Sequence record: SRR20825010_214
DNA: 35,957 bases
Direction: 5' to 3' (one strand)
The notes below the pieces were generated by a model. The model searched no databases, was not told the origin of the DNA, and saw nothing but the letters and a program-made list of their open reading frames with translations. This document shows, one piece after another, positions 28,528 to 35,957 of the stretch (position 1 is the stretch's first letter; the number at the start of each line of letters is the position of its first letter). The translations under genes and the position numbers were made by a program.

Positions 28528-29697
28528 TTAAATAAAGGATGCTCTTTTAAACTCCTTTGTTTCGTCAAATAATTTACGGTAAGTAATGTGCGTTTTTGCA
28601 ATTTGTGCACCGATTTGTTCGGCCACACGCATCATTTTTGGATTGAAATCTCCAATCCAGTTCATTTCTATATTCTCGTATTGAAAACCCTTTTTCCAAG
28701 CAAGGGTTTTCACAAATGAAACTACCAAACCTCCTTCAACCCCTTTTCGCTGGTGTGTAGGAACAACACCAAACACAATTCCCAAAGCCTTTTTGCATAC
28801 CCCCGTTTTGAGCATAAACATAAACTTAATCTTCGACCATAAATTCCACTGGCCATTCAGGTGCTTATAAAGTTGGTTTAATTCTGGAATTGAAATAAAA
28901 AATGCAACTGGTTCTCCTTTGAAAAAGGCAAACCAAACAATTTTAACATCGGTAATTGGTTTGAGTTGCTTAAATATATTGTGCGCCTGTGCCTCCGTCA
29001 TAGGTTTAACACCATTATGACCAGTCCAAGCCTCATTATAAACCTTCAAAAAGTATTTATGAGCAATTTTAAACTCATCCTTCCTAATATGCCTAAACTC
29101 ATAATCAGGATTATCCAAGCTACTTTGAGCTTTTACATAGAAGCGATCATCTAGCTCTACTTGACTGCCCACTGGGCGTTCGTAGGTGAACTGTTTAAAG
29201 TACTCCTTAAAGCCATAAGCTTCAAAGAGGTCTTTGTAATAGAGAAAATTATAAGGCATTTGATAATTAGGTTCTGAAAACCCATCAATTAAAAGCCCCC
29301 ACCAATTGTTGCGATCACCAAAGTTAATTGGGCCGTCCATGGCTTCCATCCCACGTTCTTCGAGCCATTTTTTGCCTGCATCAAAAAGCATAAATGCCGC
29401 CACTTGATCATCAATGCACTCAAAAAAGCCAATTCCGCCAGTAGGTTGCTCTTGTGCCTCGGATACTTTTTTAATGATAAAGGCAGCAAGCCTTCCAATC
29501 ACCACTCCCTTATCGTTCTTTAGAATCCATCGAATGGCCTCTCCATTTCTATAATTCTTGTTCTTGCTGGGGTCAAAAACAGCTTTAATATCCTTATCAA
29601 GGGGCCTTATCCAGTTTTCTTCATTCTTATAAAGCCTTACTGGCAATTGAATGAATTCCTTTTCAGAACGGCTATCGGTAACTTCAAATATCTGCAT
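28528..29697 (-). CDS. Tandem-GNAT protein of the YghO/bacterial ceramide synthase-like family
   Basis: FIQLP..LY, GRLAAF, GFFECIDD, MDGPINFG..WWGLL.DGF, YN..YY, PELNQ, GVVP.HQRKG, EMNWIGDFN. Confidence 0.7.
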   Translation of the reverse strand: MQIFEVTDSRSEKEFIQLPVRLYKNEENWIRPLDKDIKAVFDPSKNKNYRNGEAIRWILKNDKGVVIGRLAAFIIKKVSEAQEQPTGGIGFFECIDDQVAAFMLFDAGKKWLEERGMEAMDGPINFGDRNNWWGLLIDGFSEPNYQMPYNFLYYKDLFEAYGFKEYFKQFTYERPVGSQVELDDRFYVKAQSSLDNPDYEFRHIRKDEFKIAHKYFLKVYNEAWTGHNGVKPMTEAQAHNIFKQLKPITDVKIVWFAFFKGEPVAFFISIPELNQLYKHLNGQWNLWSKIKFMFMLKTGVCKKALGIVFGVVPTHQRKGVEGGLVVSFVKTLAWKKGFQYENIEMNWIGDFNPKMMRVAEQIGAQIAKTHITYRKLFDETKEFKRASFI

Positions 29698-29811
29698 GTA
29701 CGAATTGGGCAGCCCAAAAATAAATAGATATACCCAACATCAAAATGTTATGCGCAGGCTTTTGAAAAGAATGTGATCGAAGGCAAATTCTTATGCTGAA
29801 AAATTCATAGA

Positions 29812-30690
29812 CTACTTTTCAAGCCCCTTAGCCCTATCGGGGTAATCAGTGATGATTCCATCTACACCATCGGCCACCAATTGCTCCATATCTTTACGTT
29901 CATTTACAGTCCAAGGAATGACTTTCATTCCCTTTTCATGAATCAAATCGATATCTTCTTTATTCAGAAGTTTAAAATAAGGGCTGTACACTTCTGGCGT
30001 AAAGCCTAGGGCTTCTAAGTTGAAATCAACTCCTTTTGCATTTTCCACCAAAGCCACCAAACGCACTTCTGGGTTAGATTGATGTAAATGCTTCAGCACA
30101 TTAAAATCGAAGGACTGGATTGTAAAACGATCATTGGTCAGCCTTCTATTGATTACCTCTAAGACCAATTTAGAAAACTCAGCTACTTGAGGCTGGCTCA
30201 CATTGTATTCACTTTCTACGCTCTTGATTTCAATATTATACCCCACTTTAGGAAGGTTGTATTCTTTTAAATGATCCTCCACCATTGTAATAACATCTAT
30301 CAACAAAGGCTTTGCCGTTGCCGCTTTTTCTTGCTCAGGAAAACGTGCATTTCCTCTAGACCCGCAATCATAACCAACCACTTCCGAATGACCCATCTGA
30401 TAAATATTGAGCTCGCTTTCCTCTTCTTTAGTTACAGGCTCGCCATTCGGCTTACTACAAATTCCAGACAGCATATATGGATCATGGGACACCAATACTT
30501 GTTTGTCCTTGGTGATCACAACATCGAGTTCTAAAGTAGTTACTCCTTCGTCTAATGCTCTCATAAAAGCAGGAATTGAGTTTTCAGGCATTAGCCCTCT
30601 GGCGCCTCTGTGCCCTTGAATATCGAGAGGCGTTTGGACTTTGGAACAGCTTAAAGAAAGACAGAAAAGAAGTAGCACTGAAGTTTTCAT
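29812..30690 (-). CDS. glpQ: Glycerophosphodiester phosphodiesterase (lipoprotein)
   Basis: Lipobox LSLS-C; QGHRGARG..PENS, ELDV, SHD, NIEIK, IQSFD, WTVN, GVDGIITDYP. ATG 30690. Confidence 0.9.
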   Translation of the reverse strand: MKTSVLLLFCLSLSCSKVQTPLDIQGHRGARGLMPENSIPAFMRALDEGVTTLELDVVITKDKQVLVSHDPYMLSGICSKPNGEPVTKEEESELNIYQMGHSEVVGYDCGSRGNARFPEQEKAATAKPLLIDVITMVEDHLKEYNLPKVGYNIEIKSVESEYNVSQPQVAEFSKLVLEVINRRLTNDRFTIQSFDFNVLKHLHQSNPEVRLVALVENAKGVDFNLEALGFTPEVYSPYFKLLNKEDIDLIHEKGMKVIPWTVNERKDMEQLVADGVDGIITDYPDRAKGLEK

Positions 30691-30755
30691 AAATAGAATT
30701 TTAATCAAATTACGCAAAGGAAATTAAAAAAAGAGTTATGACATGATCAAGGTTG

Positions 30756-30788
30756 AAAAACACACCGCTTTGGATTGGAAAGCGGTGT
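30756..30788 (-). terminator. Intrinsic terminator of phoD
   Basis: ACACCGCTTT-N7-AAAGCGGTGT stem followed on the minus strand by GTTTTT. Confidence 0.8.
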
Positions 30789-30797
30789 ACCTCATGT

Positions 30798-31820
30798 TTA
30801 TCTCTCCCAGTCTACTTTGTGAGAATCGATCAAAACATTTTCTAATCCTCGCATTTCAAAAGTCACTTGAGGCTGAGAGTCAGACCAGTCGATTTTAATC
30901 AGACCAAAGCTTTTCACATCTACCAGCTTACTCACCCTAAATCCGTTGGGTTCAGAGGTATTCCCTTCAGAGCTATGTGTCAAACCACTTGAAGTGAAAT
31001 CGTAGAAAGCACCATAGCCAGGAATTACCGTTTTTGATATTTCTGAAATATGACGATCTCCACTTAAGTAGAAAGCATTTTTTGGTTGAGTAGTGGCAAT
31101 AAGCTTCATTAGTCTTTGCTTTGCCTTCGGAAAATTATTCCACTTTTCGTAGGGGTGTTCTTCAGGTAACAATTGTACTCCGCCAGCCAAAACATGAACA
31201 TCAGCATCACTATTGGTCAGTTCATTTTCTAGCCACTTCCATTGCGCTTCACCCAAAATATCTCCCTCTAAGTTCGGAATATACTTTCGATTTTCTCGTT
31301 TCAATTCATCTCTGAAGTAGCGCGCATCTAGCAATAGTATCTTTACTTTTTTGCCGTCTAAGCCATATTCATATGATTGATAACCGCCTTCTCTCTTCCA
31401 AGCTGGATTACTACGCTCAACATCTAAAAACTCAAACATCAGGTCGCGGCTTTCTTGTCGCTTGGCAAACTCTTTGCCGCCATCGTTCACCCCAAAATCA
31501 TGGTCATCCCAAATGCCGATGATGTCCATTTGCTTCATCATCTTCTGATAATCAGCATTTGACTTTTGCAGTTTGTACTTTTCGGCCATTAAAGCCATAT
31601 CCTGAGTATCCCCATAGATATTATCCCCCAACCAAATCCATAGGTCTGGGGTATTTTTCAGCACTTCGGGCCATAAATACTGCGGTGCTTCTTGGCGACT
31701 GCAAGAACCGATAGCAATGGTGGTCAGTACTTTATTTCGGCTCGCGTCTTGAGCAAAACCATTGATGGTCAAGAGTAAAGCAATTGCCGTAAATTTTACG
31801 ATTGTCAGTTTAGTTTTCAT
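30798..31820 (-). CDS. phoD: PhoD-like alkaline phosphatase/phosphodiesterase (short form, Sec signal)
   Basis: GSC, WLGDNIYGD, WDDHD, LLDARYFRD, LGEAQWKWL, LSGDRH, TSSGLTH; signal peptide ending GFA|Q. Confidence 0.88.
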   Translation of the reverse strand: MKTKLTIVKFTAIALLLTINGFAQDASRNKVLTTIAIGSCSRQEAPQYLWPEVLKNTPDLWIWLGDNIYGDTQDMALMAEKYKLQKSNADYQKMMKQMDIIGIWDDHDFGVNDGGKEFAKRQESRDLMFEFLDVERSNPAWKREGGYQSYEYGLDGKKVKILLLDARYFRDELKRENRKYIPNLEGDILGEAQWKWLENELTNSDADVHVLAGGVQLLPEEHPYEKWNNFPKAKQRLMKLIATTQPKNAFYLSGDRHISEISKTVIPGYGAFYDFTSSGLTHSSEGNTSEPNGFRVSKLVDVKSFGLIKIDWSDSQPQVTFEMRGLENVLIDSHKVDWER

Positions 31821-31865
31821 GCTGTAAAACTTCATTTTTTTACTCAGCTGAAAGTGAAAATCATC

Positions 31866-31902
31866 GTTAATAAATTGTTACAATTGAATCACAAAGCCTT
31901 AA
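31866..31902. promoter_or_regulatory. Pho-box-like 11-bp periodic repeats upstream of phoD
   Basis: GTTAA (31866), GTTAC (31877), ATCAC (31888); on the minus strand TAAC-N7-TAAC. Confidence 0.45.
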
Positions 31903-32200
31903 TTTCAGAGGCATGTAATAGATACACCATGAGTAAGAAGTTTTATTACTCATGTACTTCTTTCCGTTTATCAGTTTGACAAAGTAAACACCGTAGTTAT
32001 AACACGATAAGACACTCCCTTAATTAACTAAATCACTATGGACTGAAAGCACCATAGGTTTGAGGGAGAATGAGATTCTAGTGGTATCAAAATCAAGATG
32101 ATAGACAACAGATTGTAGAAGTTAAACAAAAGTCATTTATATATTATCTCGTGCATATTTTTAGAAAAAAAGCGAAATGCGCTAAAGTGGATAGTCCTAA

Positions 32201-32284
32201 CTCCTTTTTGTGACCAATAAACTATACTATTAAAAAGGTTTAAAACCGGAGAAATCATCCCGCTAGCAGGAAAGCAAAAAGGAG
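32201..32284. ncRNA. Probable 6S-Flavo-like structured ncRNA
   Basis: Perfect 10-bp closing stem CTCCTTTTTG/CAAAAAGGAG, inner TAAACT/GGTTTA stem, and an AGCAGGAAA segment. Resembles the 6S-Flavo motif as I recall it; strand not resolved. Confidence 0.55.
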
Positions 32285-32426
32285 GCATCTAATTCCTTGA
32301 TCAGAATAAACGCAAGCCTTAAAATCATCTGGCTATGGAGTTCACCTCTCTCTATCAAAAGGTATTTATACCAAAAAACCAGCAGATTTCCCTTTCATAA
32401 AAGCACCATAACCTTTAGGCCATTGC

Positions 32427-32669
32427 ATGAGTAAAGGAAAGCGGTTACTTTTTAATAGCACCTTGGAAGAGAAAACATTTGAACTGAAGGCACAACCCGC
32501 GCACAAAATAGCCGTGCCTCTATTTTTACTTACAGCCCTTTGCTACTTTATTCCTATTGTGTATTTCTATTTTAGCTGTTGTGAAAGCGACAGTACCTTT
32601 ATTTGGTTTGGTGGATTCTATTTGGTACTCGGCCTTATTTATTTGGTGAGGAAGCATTTCGGTAACTAA
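32427..32669 (+). CDS. Small hypothetical membrane protein (2 TM)
   Basis: 80-aa ORF with two hydrophobic segments and a basic C-terminus. Confidence 0.55.
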   Translation: MSKGKRLLFNSTLEEKTFELKAQPAHKIAVPLFLLTALCYFIPIVYFYFSCCESDSTFIWFGGFYLVLGLIYLVRKHFGN

Positions 32670-32782
32670 TAGGAGTATAAAAACCCTGAAATAGCCTCTC
32701 CTAAAAGTCTTTTCAAGAAAAAGTAAACCACCTCTATATCTTACTGGCTAATTAGCTTCAATGAGCTACTACACTTTCAATA

Positions 32783-32834
32783 TTCCTTACATTTATATAT
32801 TTAATAGGCTTAAAGAATTTATTTTCCTTACATT
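32783..32834 (+). promoter_or_regulatory. Direct repeat upstream of padR, candidate operator/promoter
   Basis: TTCCTTACATT at 32783 and 32824. Confidence 0.45.
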
Positions 32835-32857
32835 AGTATAAATAATCACTCAGGAAG

Positions 32858-33190
32858 ATGAAAGGGACATTTTTAGGCGAATTTGAAGAAGTAGTTTTAT
32901 TAGCCACCTGTTTGTTAGACGAAAATGCTTACGCCAACCTGGTGAAAGACGAAGTTGAAAAACACACAGAGCGAAACATCAACCTCAGTGCCATTCACTC
33001 CTCGCTTTACAGATTGGAAAAGAAAGGCTTTTTATCATCGGAGCTGGGTGAAGCAAGCAAAAAAAGAGGCGGTAAACGCAAACGTCTGTTCAAGCCTACC
33101 CCTTATGGGCTTCAGGCAGTTCAGCAAATCAAGGAAATACGTGAGTCGCTCTGGAACAATATGCCTCAAACGCTTTTCCAAAATTCCTGA
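32858..33190 (+). CDS. PadR family transcriptional regulator
   Basis: LGEFEEVVLL, SAIHSSLYRLEKKG, RGGKRKRLF..T..G. Confidence 0.92.
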   Translation: MKGTFLGEFEEVVLLATCLLDENAYANLVKDEVEKHTERNINLSAIHSSLYRLEKKGFLSSELGEASKKRGGKRKRLFKPTPYGLQAVQQIKEIRESLWNNMPQTLFQNS

Positions 33191-33193
33191 GCT

Positions 33194-35800
33194 ATGCAGC
33201 AGCCACCTAAGCTACCCTTGAAAATCCTTCGATTCTTCTGTGCTGAACATAGGCTGGAAGAAATTGAAGGTGATTTATTCGAGGAGTTTCAAGACCAAGT
33301 TCAATCAAAGGGCTATAAAAAAGCCAAGAGACTGTACTACTGGACTATCATCCGCTCATTTCGAAGTTACCTTTTCGACTACCAAAGTAACTCCACTCAT
33401 CCTTTAAGCTTTATTACCATGATTCGACACTATTTAAAAACAGCATTCAGAGGTATGTATAAGCATAAGAGCTTTACTGCTATTAATATTTTGGGTTTGA
33501 GTCTTGGTCTAGCCTGCTTTACTCTACTCTCACTATTTATCACAGATATAATTTTGAAGGACAACTTCATTCCGAACCGGGCCGAAATTTATCGGTTGGA
33601 AGTATTAAACCCGCTTGATCTCACAGATAAATATGAAGCCAGAACCCACCCTGATTTTGGAGTCATTCTAAATAGAAATTATCCGCAAATAGAAAATTAC
33701 CTTAGAATTAACGCGCTCAATAAAAACATGACAATCACCGTGAAAACAGGTGACAAGAAGGAATTCTATAAACAAAGGGGACTAGAAGCTGACTCATCGT
33801 TTTTCAGTTTCTTTCCTTTCGAGCTAATTACCGGAAATCAAAAAGAAGTACTCTCAGAACCTCATAGCATCATTGTTACCGAAAGTATGGCCACCGTGTT
33901 ATTTGGAGAGGAGGATCCAATTGGAAAGACTATTTATTTACCACGACAAGGAGGAGCCGATTATACAGTAAAGGGGGTTTTAAAAGATATTAAAGAAAAT
34001 TCCAGTATTCAGTTCGACTATATAATTTCCAATAATATCTCCTATGATATCGCATCTGGAGCCTACTCGCCTTCCGTTAACTATTTAATGCTTTCATCAG
34101 GAACTGGCACCAAAAAGCTAATAGCAGGTTTTAACAACACCATTACGGAAGCTGGGGCAGCAAAACGTTTACAAAACTTAAAATACAGACTTACTGAATT
34201 TGAAGAGGCTAAATTCGACACGGAGTCTTCTGACAACGTTATTCAGACCATAAACAAAGGCACAGTAGTACTCATTGCCATAGTGGCTTTGCTTATTTTA
34301 ATTTTAGCAGTATTTAATTACATCAACCTCACTGCGGCTCGTGCTCTTCAAAAAGGACAGGAAGCTGGAATACGAAAAATAATTGGGGCGGGCAGAGGCA
34401 GCTTTATTTTCCAGTTCTTGACGGAGTCACTCATCTTCTGCATAATATCAATGTTGGTTTCTCTCTTAGTGCTGGAAGTTTCATTGCCCTATTTCGAATC
34501 CATTCTTGGCAACCCTCTCCATTTCGACTATAAATCCAGCCTCCCATTCTTTCTAGTTTACGTTGGATTAATCGTTCTGTTGGCCCTGCTTTCAGCACTC
34601 TATCCCGCTTTGTTGGTATCGAGATTTAGGTTTAGCGAATTCCTCAAAGGAAAGGCCATGTCATCAACAAAAGGCAACATGCTGAGAAAAGGGCTGGTGG
34701 TTTTCCAATTCAGCATCTCCATAATTTTGACACTAGGAGCGGTCATGGTTCAAAAACAGCTGAGATATATTCAAAACGAAACTTTAAGCTACAACCCTGA
34801 GCAAATTCTTATTGTCGAACATGCGGTTTCTTCCAATCTCGATGACTTTAAAAAATCCTTAAAAGACATCCCTGAAGTATCCATATCAAGCCTTACCTCT
34901 AGTCCTCCAGGGGCCGAGAGTCTTTACGCTTCTGGCGCAATAGCTGAACTCGATATTCGAGGCTATTACCATCGGATTGACGCAGACTATATTGACATGC
35001 TCAAACTCAAAATCACAGAAGGGGAGAGCTTCGATAGCAAATTAACTTCGGATATTGATCAAGGTGTGATCATCAATGAGACAATGGCCAATATCATCAG
35101 ATCGAAAAACCCTATGAATCTTGAGTACCCCCTTTCTGGGAAATATTCATTTCTAGCTATCCCGACTAAAATCCGAGGAGTAGTAAAGGATTTTCATCTT
35201 GGCTCATTCCATAATGAAATACAACCTATGACACTGTTCTATCATGATTTTACTGGTTATTCCGGAGCAAGGGTTATGATTAAAGTGAGTACAACCAACA
35301 TCTCTGAAACGCTTGACAAAATCGAAACCAAATGGAATGAGTTTATACCCAACTCTGAGTTTGGAGTTGAGTTTATGGATGCGAAGTTCGATCAGCTTTA
35401 TACGACTGAAACCCGATTGGCGAGCATTTTCAATCTCTTCACTGGAGTCGCTTTGTTTATTTCTTGCCTAGGCCTCTTAGGGCTTATTGGCTTTATTACT
35501 GAGTCGAAAATCAAAGAAGTAGGCATTAGAAAGGTAATGGGCGCTTCAGTAGGACAAATCCTGTTTTTATTCACAGGACAGGTGTACAAACTGGTATTAT
35601 TGGCTTGTCTTGTGGGCATTCCCGTGGCCTATTGGCTTATCAATAGCTGGCTCGATAATTTCGCATATAAAACCAGCTTCTCATTGGACTTGGCACTCTT
35701 GGTGATGGTTTCCATGTTCGTCTTAACTAGCCTCACTATTATCCTTAAATCAGCTAAAGCCGCTACACATAATCCAGTGGACGCTTTGAGGAGCGATTAA
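33194..35800 (+). CDS. MacB/FtsX-type ABC transporter permease with N-terminal 'permease prefix' domain
   Basis: QPPKLPLKILRFFC...EEIEGDL prefix; INILGLSLGLA, NYINLTAA, GIRKIIGA, LVVFQF, KEVGIRKVMGAS, NPVDALRSD. Confidence 0.92.
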   Translation: MQQPPKLPLKILRFFCAEHRLEEIEGDLFEEFQDQVQSKGYKKAKRLYYWTIIRSFRSYLFDYQSNSTHPLSFITMIRHYLKTAFRGMYKHKSFTAINILGLSLGLACFTLLSLFITDIILKDNFIPNRAEIYRLEVLNPLDLTDKYEARTHPDFGVILNRNYPQIENYLRINALNKNMTITVKTGDKKEFYKQRGLEADSSFFSFFPFELITGNQKEVLSEPHSIIVTESMATVLFGEEDPIGKTIYLPRQGGADYTVKGVLKDIKENSSIQFDYIISNNISYDIASGAYSPSVNYLMLSSGTGTKKLIAGFNNTITEAGAAKRLQNLKYRLTEFEEAKFDTESSDNVIQTINKGTVVLIAIVALLILILAVFNYINLTAARALQKGQEAGIRKIIGAGRGSFIFQFLTESLIFCIISMLVSLLVLEVSLPYFESILGNPLHFDYKSSLPFFLVYVGLIVLLALLSALYPALLVSRFRFSEFLKGKAMSSTKGNMLRKGLVVFQFSISIILTLGAVMVQKQLRYIQNETLSYNPEQILIVEHAVSSNLDDFKKSLKDIPEVSISSLTSSPPGAESLYASGAIAELDIRGYYHRIDADYIDMLKLKITEGESFDSKLTSDIDQGVIINETMANIIRSKNPMNLEYPLSGKYSFLAIPTKIRGVVKDFHLGSFHNEIQPMTLFYHDFTGYSGARVMIKVSTTNISETLDKIETKWNEFIPNSEFGVEFMDAKFDQLYTTETRLASIFNLFTGVALFISCLGLLGLIGFITESKIKEVGIRKVMGASVGQILFLFTGQVYKLVLLACLVGIPVAYWLINSWLDNFAYKTSFSLDLALLVMVSMFVLTSLTIILKSAKAATHNPVDALRSD

Positions 35801-35821
35801 AAAATCGTTCTTTTTCTAAAC

Positions 35822-35863
35822 AAAAAACCAGTCACTCTTTTGAATGACTGGTTTCGTTTTTTT
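35822..35863. terminator. Bidirectional intrinsic terminator
   Basis: AAACCAGTCA-N10-TGACTGGTTT, flanked by an A run on the left and a T run on the right, between the convergent permease and tRNA. Confidence 0.85.
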
Positions 35864-35906
35864 GGTGGTACATACTGCCCCGAAGCTTCGGGGCGAACCG
35901 ATGACC
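35863..35906 (-). pseudogene. Degenerate duplicate of a tRNA 3' half with a palindromic insertion in the T-loop
   Basis: Minus strand GGTCATCGGTTCG-[CCCCGAAGCTTCGGGG]-CAGTATGTACCACCA versus tRNA GGTCACTGGTTCG-[AATC]-CAGTATGTCCCAC. Confidence 0.8.
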
Positions 35907-35928
35907 ATTTAAATTAGCCACATTCAAG

Positions 35929-35957
35929 TGGGACATACTGGATTCGAACCAGTGACC
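35929..35957 (-). tRNA. tRNA 3' portion (T-arm and acceptor strand), probably tRNA-Val; extends beyond the window
   Basis: Minus strand GGTC-ACTGG-TTCGAAT-CCAGT-ATGTCCC-A: perfect T-arm, discriminator A, C70 (so no Ala G3:U70). The anticodon is outside the window, so identity is inferred. Confidence 0.8.

Noticed and set aside
31929-31979. 16-codon ORF MSKKFYYSCTSFRLSV
   Set aside because: Too short and no evidence of translation or leader-peptide composition.
32046-32410. AAAGCACCATA repeated twice in the intergenic region
   Set aside because: It also occurs inside unrelated CDSs (near 18984 and 31006); consistent with chance.
469-35619. Numerous short antisense or out-of-frame ORFs in the track (e.g. 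469-672, 8601-8942, 20750-21091, 26520-26990, 32955-33221)
   Set aside because: They overlap well-supported genes and have no recognisable motifs; treated as shadow ORFs.

Overview
A low-GC, gene-dense chromosomal window from a Bacteroidetes genome, most likely Cytophagales (Roseivirga-like). The assignment is inferred from TAnnTTTG -7 promoters, DUF4290-murA, DUF4199, and a PadR + 'permease-prefix' ABC permease pair. Most of it is housekeeping or metabolic: pyrE end, GT4, pcrA, murA, VIT1, an Rrf2-DUF2061-cysHDN sulfate cluster, dnaN, bioDA, a hybrid kinase, pfkB, glpQ and phoD. I found no CRISPR array, transposase, integrase or phage genes. The notable signals are non-coding or small. (1) A duplicated, chimeric tRNA 3' half lies next to a probable tRNA-Val, with its T-loop bases replaced by a perfect GC-rich palindrome. 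(2) A ~590-bp intergenic region holds a probable 6S-Flavo-like ncRNA, a second hairpin and a Pho-box-like repeat. (3) Several small uncharacterised regulons have operators visible in the sequence: a Cys-rich MarR/DUF2024/CPVC-protein module (4 copies), a GbsR-like membrane operon (2 copies, plus two cryptic paralogs), a membrane-anchored LuxR/DUF4199 pair, and Rrf2/cys. All family calls come from motif recognition without database searches.
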